Assembly: GCA_963828735.1 (NCBI GenBank)
Contig: CAWHFW010000005.1
Coordinates: 1,024,001 to 1,088,000, forward strand
DNA length: 64,000 nucleotides
Origin: an uncultured Gemmatimonadales bacterium
Lineage (GTDB): Bacteria; Gemmatimonadota; Gemmatimonadetes; Gemmatimonadales; GWC2-71-9
Reading direction: 5' to 3'
Shown: one piece after another, positions 11,533 through 22,000 of the stretch
How the letters are laid out: the number at the start of each line of letters is the position of its first letter
How positions within the stretch are numbered: position 1 is the stretch's first letter
Made by a program: the position numbers and the translations under genes
The notes under the pieces: model-generated
What the model was told of the DNA's origin: nothing
The model's database searches: none
The model's input: the letters and a program-made list of their open reading frames with translations, nothing else

Positions 11533-12018
11533 GCGAGCTCGCGCCTCGCTCGGCTCCGTAGGTCGGTTACCGGGGCGTGCGGCCTGCTCGCGATTGGGCT
11601 CCAGCGGGAATGAGCTCTTCGAGAACGGTGTCGTCTTTGATTCGCGCGTGCTGTGATACGACAGACTCACGGATACAAGCGCCGCACTAGGCCCGGGGAT
11701 GTGCGATGATGAGCACCCCGGGGAGTGAAGCGGTTTTCGGGGGTCCCTATGTACCCCTCAAAGGTTCTAGGGGATAGGAAATAAGGAAGGCGATTTGTCA
11801 GTGGGCGCCCCAACGATCACCTGTTGCACTCGTCCATCACCGGCTGCACTCATCTGCAGCTCGCGCCCCGCCGCGGGAGCCAACCGAGTTGCGTGGTCGC
11901 CCCGCTTGCCATAGCATGAAACAGCGGCACTATCCGCTCCGCATCACCCCGCCGGCCGCGTGCGCGACGGTCGCTCGCTGTGGCTCCCGGCGCCGAGTCT
12001 TTGCCCCTGGAGGCCGTG

Positions 12019-13473
12019 ATGAACTCCCGCTCCCTTACACTCGCAGCAGGCTGCCTCGTACTGCTCGCCGCCTGCAGCGATGAGACCACCGAACCCGCCG
12101 TTCCTTCCTCACCATCGTTCGCATCCGCCACATCCTCAGGCCAAGTCGGCATCAACGTCGTCCTCAAAGGCAAGGCGACGAGTGGCCAGCTCGCGCAGCT
12201 CAACGCGATCGGCCAGGTGAAGAAGCAGTTCCCGGAGATCAACGGCCTCACCATGGTGGCCAAGGCCGAGCAGCTCGCCGCGGTGAAGGCCCTGCCCTTC
12301 GTCAAGGGCGCGGCACTCGACGCCGAGATCGATTTCCCGCCCAACACCCCCCTGGTGCCCGTCTCGGATTTCACCGGTGGCTTGAGCACCTGGGATCAGG
12401 ACGCGATCAACGCGACCGTCTCGCCGCTGAGCGCGACGCGCGGCGTCGCGCAGACGGGCGCCGGCGTCTGGGTCGGCATCCTGGACACCGGATTGCTCAA
12501 CACCTGGCCGCAATACTTCCCCACCGACCGCATCGCCACCCAGTACGCCACCTCCTTCACCGGCGGCGGGGCGGCTGGCGCGGGCAACGTCACCCAGCAG
12601 GCCGGCGACGCCTGGCAGCACGACGTCTGTGCCCACGGCACGCACGTGACCAGCACGGTGCTGGGCTATCAGGTCGCAGGCACCGTGCGGTTTCAGGGCA
12701 CCGCGCCACAGGCGACGGTCATCCCGGTCAAGCTCAGCACCCATGGGAGCCCGACGTCCCAGAACCCTAGCCCTTGCAGCTTTTTCAGCTCGCTCGCGGC
12801 CGCGGGCCTGCTCTACTTCGCGGCGCTCAAGCAGGGACCGCTCGCGGGGCAGCCGCTGGTGGTGAACAACAGCTGGGGCAGCAGGGGGAACGACCCCCTG
12901 GTCGAGGCCGCCGTCAACTTCGCCCTCCAACAGGGCGTGCTGCTGGTCTTCTCCGCCGGCAACGGGGGCGAGGATGGCATGCATTACCCCGGCGCGCTGC
13001 CGCAGGTCATCTCCGCGGCCGCGAGTGGCTGGACCCACGAGTGGGTGCCGGATGGCAACTGGTGGTTCACGCAGGACGTGGCCGACCCGACCAGCGCCAG
13101 CGACTTCTACATCACCGACTTCTCGAGCCGGCAGCTCGACGGGCAGGATCTCGACATCGCCGCCCCGGGCTCCTGGGTCGTTGGGCCGTATCAGGTCCAG
13201 CGCGGCCAGACCGACTTCTTCTTCCTCGGCGGCACCTCGCAGGCGGCGCCACACGTCACTGGCACCATCGCGCTGATGCTGCAGAAGAACCCCACCCTGA
13301 CCGAGGCGCAGGCCGAGTCGATCATCGAGAGCTCGGCGGTGCCGCTGGGCGCGGGGTGTCGGCAGGTCATTCTGGTGCCGCTCACTCCGCCGCCGGAAGA
13401 GATCTGCTGGGGCGCCGACGCAACGGGCGCGGGACTGCTCGACGCGGCCGCGGCGGTCGCGGCTACGCCGTAA
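12019..13473 (+). CDS. S8 subtilisin-like serine peptidase, lipoprotein
   Basis: Lipobox LAAC; triad ILDTG, HGTHV, GTSQAAPHV; oxyanion SAGN. Confidence 0.9.
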   Translation: MNSRSLTLAAGCLVLLAACSDETTEPAVPSSPSFASATSSGQVGINVVLKGKATSGQLAQLNAIGQVKKQFPEINGLTMVAKAEQLAAVKALPFVKGAALDAEIDFPPNTPLVPVSDFTGGLSTWDQDAINATVSPLSATRGVAQTGAGVWVGILDTGLLNTWPQYFPTDRIATQYATSFTGGGAAGAGNVTQQAGDAWQHDVCAHGTHVTSTVLGYQVAGTVRFQGTAPQATVIPVKLSTHGSPTSQNPSPCSFFSSLAAAGLLYFAALKQGPLAGQPLVVNNSWGSRGNDPLVEAAVNFALQQGVLLVFSAGNGGEDGMHYPGALPQVISAAASGWTHEWVPDGNWWFTQDVADPTSASDFYITDFSSRQLDGQDLDIAAPGSWVVGPYQVQRGQTDFFFLGGTSQAAPHVTGTIALMLQKNPTLTEAQAESIIESSAVPLGAGCRQVILVPLTPPPEEICWGADATGAGLLDAAAAVAATP

Positions 13474-13520
13474 GAGCGCGCCGACACCGAGACGCGGGCA
13501 AGGCCAAGTCCTGGGCCTCT

Positions 13521-14843
13521 CTACCTGTTATAAGGAAACTCGTTGATCCAGTGAAATCCCCGATTCATGAGCGGGAAATCGGACAGCGGGATCTTCCGCA
13601 TGTGCACCTGGATCGAGTCGGACCTGAGGGTGCCGCGAAGGACGAGGTGGGCCGGGTCGACCCAATAGTAGGAAAGGGGATATCGGACGTCGCCGGTATC
13701 GGGCCAGATCGTGAGGAGCCTGCTCACCGAATCCCGCTCGAGCTGGAACCGTAGCATGGAATCGTCCATCATGCGCACCACGAGCCGCCCGTACGTGGAG
13801 ATTCCGACCTTCCGCCACCGATGCGAGTTGGTCGTGACCGGCGGCAGCTCCACGTGGTTGGCTGTGAATTGCTCGACCTCGTAGGCGCCGTCCAGTGGAT
13901 CTCGCGGGGCTCCATCGCCGTAGGTCTTCCAGGTGGTGTAGCCCTCGCGAATCGAGGAGTAGACGAGGAATCCGATGAAGGCCAGCTTCGCCGCGACTCG
14001 CATTCTCGCGGCGGGCGCCCGACCCGTGGGCGCGAGCACGAGGGCCTCTGTGGGGCGATTGAGAATGAAGACGTCCGCGAGTCGCCGCGCGTCCGGAAGG
14101 AGGACGAATGCGGCCATCAGCCAGAGGTGCACCGAGTAGAGTTTGACAGGGACGTCGTAGCTGAAGTTGAGCATCACGACGTTCGCCATCACCGCGAGGA
14201 CGACAAGCGCCCCCAGCGCCAGGGTACGGCGAGAGAAGAGAAGGACACCCCCGATCGACTCGGCCAGCCCCGCGAACACTGTATACGGAGTCGAGAAGCC
14301 CATAAAGGTCCAGAGGAGCGCCATGGGCGAGGAGTCGCCATAGGGCTCGAGCAGCCTGAAGGCCGAGGGGATCGGGAATTGAGACTTAAACACCTTCGCC
14401 ATACCGTAACCAAGCATGGCGGTCGCGAGCACGTAGCGGACATAGACGCGGAGCCAGTGGTCCAGGGTCCGGTATTCTGTTCGTCGGGCGAAGAGGCTCC
14501 AGAGGATGGTGCCCAACAAGGCGAGAAGGGCGAGGCACGCGAGCTGGACGTAGTTGAACGTGGTGTCGCCGCTTCCGGTCGTGTTCACGTGGATCTCGCG
14601 CGCGATCCCGAAGATGTGGTTGCCGGCCCACGGCACGACCCGGTTCCAGAGCGAGTCGTAGGCGCCCGAGATCCGGTCGGTCCAGGGAAGCACGCCGATC
14701 GGAAAGGGGAAGCTGAAGAGGCCGAAGTAAAGGAAGACGAAGCGAAACGCGATCCGCCGTGGAAGGCTCCACTCGATCCGATCGGCGCCCGCAGGCAGGT
14801 CCGTACGCTCGGTCCGACCGACACCGATCGATTCCTGACCCAT
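13521..14843 (-). CDS. DoxX-like multi-pass membrane protein
   Basis: Several TM helices; YGMAKVFKSQF, SPMALLWTFMG.S, NFSYDVPVKL and C-terminal RGFHWINE motifs of a conserved family. Confidence 0.65.
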   Translation of the reverse strand: MGQESIGVGRTERTDLPAGADRIEWSLPRRIAFRFVFLYFGLFSFPFPIGVLPWTDRISGAYDSLWNRVVPWAGNHIFGIAREIHVNTTGSGDTTFNYVQLACLALLALLGTILWSLFARRTEYRTLDHWLRVYVRYVLATAMLGYGMAKVFKSQFPIPSAFRLLEPYGDSSPMALLWTFMGFSTPYTVFAGLAESIGGVLLFSRRTLALGALVVLAVMANVVMLNFSYDVPVKLYSVHLWLMAAFVLLPDARRLADVFILNRPTEALVLAPTGRAPAARMRVAAKLAFIGFLVYSSIREGYTTWKTYGDGAPRDPLDGAYEVEQFTANHVELPPVTTNSHRWRKVGISTYGRLVVRMMDDSMLRFQLERDSVSRLLTIWPDTGDVRYPLSYYWVDPAHLVLRGTLRSDSIQVHMRKIPLSDFPLMNRGFHWINEFPYNR

Positions 14844-15072
14844 GGCTCACATCCTCCTGTCGCCGTGGACCCGCTGTGTTGCTGGTGGGCTTACTCCCCC
14901 TAACTCCACTGCAGCGACGATCGTCGCAACCCAGCGTCCATGAGCAGCAGCACGGCGGCAGTGCATGGCGCCTCCGAGCTGGTGACCGAGATCGGTGCGT
15001 CGGTCGCCCAGGGCGGTCGACGGCCCGCGCCTTCTGCAGCGAATTGTCAGGCGGTTCTTGTCAGTGAGGGTC

Positions 15073-15573
15073 TCATCCGACGTACGAGAGAACAGCGTGT
15101 TCAATTCCACCGAAAACAAAGCGAGCCACCTCGCGCATGCCCATCCTTGTGTGCGCGCGCAGCGATGCCGGATTGTCACGCCGGATGAAGAGAATGCCTT
15201 CACGCCCCAGCTCCAGGCGCCGTAACTCCGTGAACATGGCCTGAGCGAGCCCTTTGCCACGTTCCTCTTCCTTCACGCATATGGGGCCATACACATACGC
15301 GTCGGCCGTCCCCGGATACGCATCGAGCATCGCGCGAATGATGGGGACATCGTCGTTCATCTCCCGCGTACTCGTCAGGAGGAAGGCGACAACGCGGTCA
15401 CTCCGGCGCGCAACGATGAGTGGCCTCCCAACCATCATCTCCGCGACACGGGACCGTGACAGGTTTGCGGACAGCATGCCTCCGCGCTCGGGCTGGTTTG
15501 CCGCTTGCAGTTCCATGATGCCGTCCAGGTCTGCTTCAGTTGCCCTGCCAACGCTCACTCCAGAGATTGCCAC
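15073..15573 (-). CDS. GNAT family N-acetyltransferase
   Basis: YGPICV..EERGKGLA motif A; N.ASLRAH.RMG motif B. Confidence 0.8.
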   Translation of the reverse strand: MAISGVSVGRATEADLDGIMELQAANQPERGGMLSANLSRSRVAEMMVGRPLIVARRSDRVVAFLLTSTREMNDDVPIIRAMLDAYPGTADAYVYGPICVKEEERGKGLAQAMFTELRRLELGREGILFIRRDNPASLRAHTRMGMREVARFVFGGIEHAVLSYVG

Positions 15574-15693
15574 GACCCTTACCTCCGGCGCCCAACGACT
15601 CGAGCATCGGCTGCGGACCATCGTGCCTGCGCCCGCACGAAGCCACGCGTCCTAGAGCGTTCGCGGAAAACGTCTGACAGATAGAGACTCAAA

Positions 15694-16305
15694 ATGAGAA
15701 AGATCAAGATCATCGAACAGATCTCGCTGGACGGCGTGATCCAGGCGCCCGGCGGACGGAACGAAGACGGCGACTACGCGCATGGCGGATGGGCGATGCT
15801 GTTTTTCGATACGGCCATATTGGAGGCCATCGTCGCGGCGCAGGGCAAGAGCTTCGACCTGCTGCTTGGCCGCCGCACCTACGATATCTGGGCCGGCTAC
15901 TGGCCCAAGGCCGAGAAGGGCCCGATCGCGGACGGCCTGAACGCCGCGACGAAATACGTCGCGACCCACAGGCCGGACAGCCTCAGCTGGGGCCCGGCCG
16001 AGGGCCTGGGCGCGGACATCGTGCAGGGTGTCCGCGGCGTCAAGTCAAAGGACGGCCCTGACCTGATCGTCTGGGGAAGCTCGACGCTAACGTCCGTGCT
16101 GCTCGAGCAGGGACTGGTCGAGGAGGTTCTGCTGCTCGTCTGCCCGGTCTTGCTGGGCCGGGGCAAACGCTTCTTTTCGGACAGTGCTGACCCGCGCGAA
16201 CTCGCTCTCGTCAGCACGAAGGCCGCGTCCTCGGGCGTGCTCATGAACACGTATCGACACGTTGGATCGCTGCGGACCGAAGCGGCCGCCGACGCGAGCG
16301 GCTGA
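15694..16305 (+). CDS. Dihydrofolate reductase-like (RibD C-terminal domain) protein
   Basis: ISLDGVIQAPG, LLGRRTY, WGSSTL, PVLLGRGKRFF. Confidence 0.85.
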   Translation: MRKIKIIEQISLDGVIQAPGGRNEDGDYAHGGWAMLFFDTAILEAIVAAQGKSFDLLLGRRTYDIWAGYWPKAEKGPIADGLNAATKYVATHRPDSLSWGPAEGLGADIVQGVRGVKSKDGPDLIVWGSSTLTSVLLEQGLVEEVLLLVCPVLLGRGKRFFSDSADPRELALVSTKAASSGVLMNTYRHVGSLRTEAAADASG

Positions 16306-16346
16306 GCGGGCGACCGAAGTACGACCCGGGCCAACGAGCTCAATGG

Positions 16347-16895
<549 letters not shown>

Positions 16896-16962
16896 TGCTC
16901 AATCAGTACCGCCGATGGGGTAGACGAGCAAGGTTAGTCCGCTTCCTGGCCAGGGCACCGCC

Positions 16963-17035
16963 TACTTCGGCACGGCTTCCACGATTGCGATCCCCCCGGC
17001 CGTGTCGAGCAGCCGCTCGAGCCGAAAGCCGGAGG
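16963..17035 (-). repeat. 73-bp orphan copy of the 3' end of the O-methyltransferase gene (direct repeat with 17994-18066)
   Basis: Three internal mismatches to 17994-18066, all at third codon positions; stop TAG versus TAA. Confidence 0.85.
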
Positions 17036-17046
17036 GATCGACGACT

Positions 17047-17562
17047 TCATGACCGTCCCACGCTCGCGCCCAGGGTGACGAGAAGCTCGTCCAGTTGCTC
17101 GAACGTCTCTCCCATCGCATCCGCCGCCCCGGTGCCGGCGGCGTCGAGAGCTTCCTTCGAGGGATAAAGCTCGTGCATGACCAGCAACGTCTTGCCGCCT
17201 TTTTCCGCGAAGGTCACCGTCGTGACGGAACCCTCGTCACTTTCCTCATTGGTCCAGACGAGGCGCGAGTGCGGTGTTACTTCCTTGTACGTGCCGAAGA
17301 ACGCCGCCTGTGAGTCCCCGTGTGCAAACTCCAAACGGTACCTGCCCCCGACACGAACATCCATTTCGCAGGAAAGCAGGGACATTCCCATCGACTTCGG
17401 CACCCACCACTGCCTGAACAGATCGGGCTTGGTCCACGCCTCGAACACGAGGCGCGCCGGGCCGTTGAAAGTTCGCGTGACGACGAGCTCACGCTCGGAC
17501 TTCCGCTCCACGGTCGTACGGTTCTTCATGGGGGCAACCTCACTCTCTCGTCTTGCGTTCAT
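17047..17562 (-). CDS. SRPBCC (AHSA1-like) domain protein
   Basis: ELVVTRTFNGPARLVFEAWT.P..F.QWW, D.RVGG.YR; overlaps the ArsR gene stop. Confidence 0.85.
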   Translation of the reverse strand: MNARRESEVAPMKNRTTVERKSERELVVTRTFNGPARLVFEAWTKPDLFRQWWVPKSMGMSLLSCEMDVRVGGRYRLEFAHGDSQAAFFGTYKEVTPHSRLVWTNEESDEGSVTTVTFAEKGGKTLLVMHELYPSKEALDAAGTGAADAMGETFEQLDELLVTLGASVGRS

Positions 17563-17905
17563 CGACCTTCTCCTTTCGTTTCAATTCCTCGACAACTTCG
17601 TCCAGCTCGTCGAAGCGTGCGTCCCAGAGCTGGCGGTATCTCTCGATCCATGCAGCTTCCTCCTCCAGTCGGCGCGGGCCGAGCTTGCAGGTCCGCACGC
17701 GCCCGACCTTCTCCGTCGTGACTAGCCCCGCCTGCTCCAAGACGCCGACATGCTTCTTCATGCCCGTGAGGGTCATGGGGAATTTCTCGGCGAGGTCCGT
17801 GATCGAAGCGTCTGCACGCCCGAGCTGCTCCAGAACGCCACGTCGGGTGGCGTCGGAGAGCGCGGCGAACGAGGCATCGAAGCGGGTCTGGGTATAGTGA
17901 ACCAT
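17540..17905 (-). CDS. ArsR/SmtB family transcriptional regulator
   Basis: FAALSDATRRGVL...KHVGVLEQAGLV..EKVGRVR winged HTH. Confidence 0.85.
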   Translation of the reverse strand: MVHYTQTRFDASFAALSDATRRGVLEQLGRADASITDLAEKFPMTLTGMKKHVGVLEQAGLVTTEKVGRVRTCKLGPRRLEEEAAWIERYRQLWDARFDELDEVVEELKRKEKVDERKTRE

Positions 17906-17913
17906 ATGGTTCA
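17898..17913. promoter_or_regulatory. Perfect 16-bp palindrome TGAACCATATGGTTCA over the ArsR start codon; likely autoregulatory operator
   Basis: Exact palindrome spanning the ATG; TATACT -10-like hexamer 7 nt upstream of the ATG on the minus strand suggests a leaderless mRNA. Confidence 0.65.
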
Positions 17914-17992
17914 GTATATAGCACGGAGAGGCGGCACGCAAGGGGAGGCCGAGCTCGCGCTGCCTTGAACAGCTCACAGGAGATCGCGCGGC

Positions 17993-18982
17993 TTACTTCG
18001 GCACGGCTTCCACGATGGCGATCCCGCCGGCCGTGTCGAGCAGCCGGTCGAGCCGAAAGCCGGAGGTGGCGAGCAGCGCCTCGTACTCCTGCCCCGTCCG
18101 CTGGAGCCCGCCGGCGACGGCCAGCATCAACACGTCCAGCGTCTTGGCCCAGTGCGGGCCCGGCTCGTCAGGCACGAGTTGCTCGATCACGAGCAGCTTG
18201 GCGTGGGCCGGTGCCGCGGCGCGCACCGCCTTGAGGATGGCGGTCGCCTCCTCGTCGCCCCAGTCGTGGATGACTTCCATGAGCAGGTAGGCGTCGCAGG
18301 CCGGCAGCGGATCGCTGAAAAAGTCCCCGGGCTGTAGCACGAGCCGCTCCGACGCCAGGTCAGCGACCTCGCGGAGCACATTCGGCAGGTCGAAGAGCAC
18401 GCCCCTGGCCGCGGGTGCGCGCTCCAGCACGGCCCGCAGCAGGTGGCCGTGCCCGCCGCCGATGTCGCCGATGACGTGGAAGCCGGAGAAGTCGTAGGCG
18501 CCGAGGATGCTGGCCACGTGGCCGTGGGCCTTGGCCGTCATGGCCTCGCCGAAGATGCGGGCCTCCTCCGGGCGGTCGGCGAGGTATTTGAACACCCCGT
18601 CGGGCGCCACCTTCTCGACCGCCGGTCGGCCGGTGCGCAGCGAGTGCTCGAGGAACCCATAGGCCCCTCGGTTGAACGGCAGGCCGAACATCCGTACGAG
18701 CGGACGCAACGACCGGGGATGATCGGCGCGTAACAGCTGCGAGCCCGGCGTGTGCGAGACCATGCCGTCGCGGGTCGCGAACACGCCGTGGGCCGAGAGC
18801 AGGCGGAGCGTGCGCTCGAGTGCCTGCGGGTGCGCTCCGGTTTCCTGCGCCAAGGCGGCGGCTGTCTGGGGCGTCTCGCCGAGCACGTCGGCCACCCCGA
18901 GGTCGGCCACCACGTGCAGGCTACGGGAGAGGAGCCAGGCCGCGCTCATCTGCATTACCACGTCATGCGGCGTCGGTGTCAT
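17993..18982 (-). CDS. SAM-dependent O-methyltransferase (Methyltransf_2 with dimerisation domain)
   Basis: DIGGGHG motif I, FDLP, GDFF, EVIHDW. Confidence 0.9.
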   Translation of the reverse strand: MTPTPHDVVMQMSAAWLLSRSLHVVADLGVADVLGETPQTAAALAQETGAHPQALERTLRLLSAHGVFATRDGMVSHTPGSQLLRADHPRSLRPLVRMFGLPFNRGAYGFLEHSLRTGRPAVEKVAPDGVFKYLADRPEEARIFGEAMTAKAHGHVASILGAYDFSGFHVIGDIGGGHGHLLRAVLERAPAARGVLFDLPNVLREVADLASERLVLQPGDFFSDPLPACDAYLLMEVIHDWGDEEATAILKAVRAAAPAHAKLLVIEQLVPDEPGPHWAKTLDVLMLAVAGGLQRTGQEYEALLATSGFRLDRLLDTAGGIAIVEAVPK

Positions 18983-19075
18983 GCTACTTCCCCTCGGCTT
19001 CAGGTGAGTTCGGTACCATCTCGAACGAGCGCAGCCCACAGTCCGGGCCGTACCCATGGGCAAAGCTACGCGGGC

Positions 19076-22000
19076 TCATGGCGCACTCATCGCCCCGATC
19101 CCGACGATCGAGGGAATCTCCGGCGGAGGGCCCCCCGCGCCGGCACTCGCCTGTTCCAGCTGCTGCGCCTGGAACCGCGCGAGGGAGAACTGCTCCTCGA
19201 GCTGCCAGACGCGCTTGATGGCGTCGATCTTCCGCCGGAGGAGCGCCGCGAACTCGCTCGTCTGCGGCGGCACCCCTTCTCCCCGCTTCACGGCCGCCGC
19301 CTCGTCCTCGAGCATCTTGTTGGTCGCGGCGTCCATCTCCTTCATGAGCGCGTCGCGCTCGACCCGGGCGGCCTCGAGGGCGCGCTCGGCCTCGGCCACC
19401 TGGCGCTGGGCGTCGAGCGCGGGACTCGGCGGCGGCGACCCCGGCGGCGGTGACGCCTGCGACGGCGTGAGTGGAGGTGGCGAGCCCGGAGGCGGCGAAC
19501 CGGGCGGCGGACTGGCGCCGCTACACTGCGGGCTCCCGCCTCCGCCGCCCGGCGGAACCGGCCGCTCCGGCATCGGGAGCGTGCCACCGCCGGACTGACC
19601 GGGTGAGGGAGGACGGGGCGCCACCTTGCCCAGCTCCCGGACCGCGGCGGCATACTCCTTCAGCGCCTGCTGGTACTGGTTGTACAGCGCTTTCCATCGC
19701 GCGTAGTCCCGGCCCTGGAAGTCGGCCTTCCCGCTGCGGACGAGCTCCTCGAATCGCTCGCTGGCCTCGCGCACCTCCGTGCGAGCCTGGATCAGCTCTG
19801 CATTCAAGGCCTCGAGGCGGCGATACTGCTCCACCAGCGCGCGAATCCGGGCGAGCGCGGCCTCGGCACGGGCCACGGCCTGCCGGGCCCGCTCGGCCAT
19901 GGTGATGTCCATCTTCGCGTCGAGGAGCCGCTGTCGGGCGTCCCAGTCGGTCTCGCCGGGCGGGTTGGCCTCCGCCGCCGCGATCTCCTTCTTGGCCTCC
20001 TCGGCCTTCTGCGCGGCAGCGCGCGCGGCCGCCTCCTCCTCCCCGAGGAACCGCTCCGCGTCCGGTGCCCGCCCGGCCCACCCCTCCGACTGTTTGGCGT
20101 ACGTGCCGGGCGCGGCGGGAGCCAGGTCGCCCCACGCCTCGTCGAAGGGGACCCGCTCGCTCGGGGGGGCCGGCTCGGAAGACTTGTTCGGTGCCAGGGG
20201 GTCGGCCGGACGCTCGCCCGGATTCTCGGCGGGCTGCGTGCGCCCGAGCGGGTCGGCCGGAGCCTCGCCGTTCTCCGCCGCCTGCGTCTTCCCGAGCGGG
20301 TCGGCCGGCGCCTCGCCGTTCTCCGCTGCCTGCGTGCGCCCGAGCGGATCGATGCCCGGTTCCTCACCTGCGCCCGGCTGCGCGGCCGGCGGACCCTCTC
20401 CCGCGGCCCCGCCCGGTGCGCCGCCGCCGGGCGGGCACTCGGGAGGTGCCTTCGGGGCCGGCGCTCCGCCCGGCGCTCCGCCCGGCGACCCGCCGCCCCC
20501 GGACGACCCTGAGGGGATCACCGGCTCGGGCGGAGGAAGCGCGCGGAGCATTCGCCACAGCTTGATCTGCTTCGCCAGGATGCCCCACACCACCGACGCC
20601 TTGTAGAACATCCCCGCGAGCAGGGCGCTCCTCCATGCCTCCCACACGCACGCGCTCTTGGTCTTCTCCGGCTCGTCCGCCCACGCCGGCGTGACCAGCC
20701 AGTCGAGCGGCGACTTGGCGCTCGCCACCTGGCCGCCAGACCCTCCTTCAATGGCCCTGCCGCACCAGAGAAACTCGAACATCCAGGCCTCGACCACCGC
20801 GGAGCCGAGCAGCACGGTGTACTTGAACGCCCGCTCCGCCAGCGTCTGCCCCCAGCCGGTGCCGGAGACGCCGAGCGTCTGCCCGGTCCGCGGATCGGTC
20901 CGCCACCAACCGGCCAGCTCGGCCGGCGTCGCGCCGGTGAGCGATGCCGGCGCGACGAGCACGTACCCCGCCGCCAGATCGTCCACCATCCGCTGACGGA
21001 TGTCCGCCGAGAGGCCCTTCAGCAGCGGGTCGTCGGCCGACGTGATCGCGTGCCAGCGCGCGGCGCGCGCGAACCCGTCGGCCACGGACCCCACGACGGG
21101 CTGCCCCGCGTACAGGAGCGCCTCGGCGTTCGTATCGCGGACGCCCTGCCGGCGGCGCACTGAGGCGGGATCGGACGCGCCCGGCGCGGGGGCCACGTCG
21201 TTCGCCACGATGTCGGTGCCTTCGAGCCGGACGATGCGCCCCCGCCGCAGCCCCAGGAACGCGTGCCGGGAGAAGACGTTCGGCCGGTCGAGGAAGACGT
21301 CGGCATCGGGGTCGGCCGACATCCGGACGGCTGCCAGGGTGTAGAGCTGCGAGGGACCGGGGACGACGCTCGTGGCGAACGTGTCCATGGCCTCCGACAG
21401 CGTGCGGACAGGCGGGGGCCCCGACGACCGGAGGAAGTTCCGGTTCGCCAGTGCCGCCTTTGCCGTCAGATGGAGCAGGTACTCCGGCGCGATGCCGCTG
21501 CCGAGCGGCAGGATCTCGGTCGTGCGGGTGAGGGCGAGGCTGCGCTCGAGGCGCTGCCGCTCGTCCGGCGCGAGCCGGACGGGACGCCCGGCCGCCCTGG
21601 CGGCGGGACCGACCAGGTCGAACAGCTGCCGGCGGACGACCTGATGCGGCCGACCGGGGACGACGATCTCGTATTCGAGCCAGGCCGCGCTCAGCTCGTC
21701 CGCGCCGTCGTCCACCGCCCTGCCGATGCCTTGGCCGAGGCCGCCGAAGGGGTTGCCGGAATTGGCGGCGACGGCGCCGGCGTCGAGCGAGATCTCGGCC
21801 TCCGCCGTCTGGCCTCCGGCCGCCAGCGTGACATGCCACTCCCGTTCCTCGAGCGCCGCCGTCCGGAAGGCGGCCGCGGGATCGGCAGCCAGCGCGATGA
21901 GGTCCGGCTGCCAGCCGGCCGGCATGATCTCGAGCACGACCGGCTGCCCGGTCACGTCGGCGGGCCGGATCTCGCGCTGCAGGAGCGGCCGCGCCCTGAG

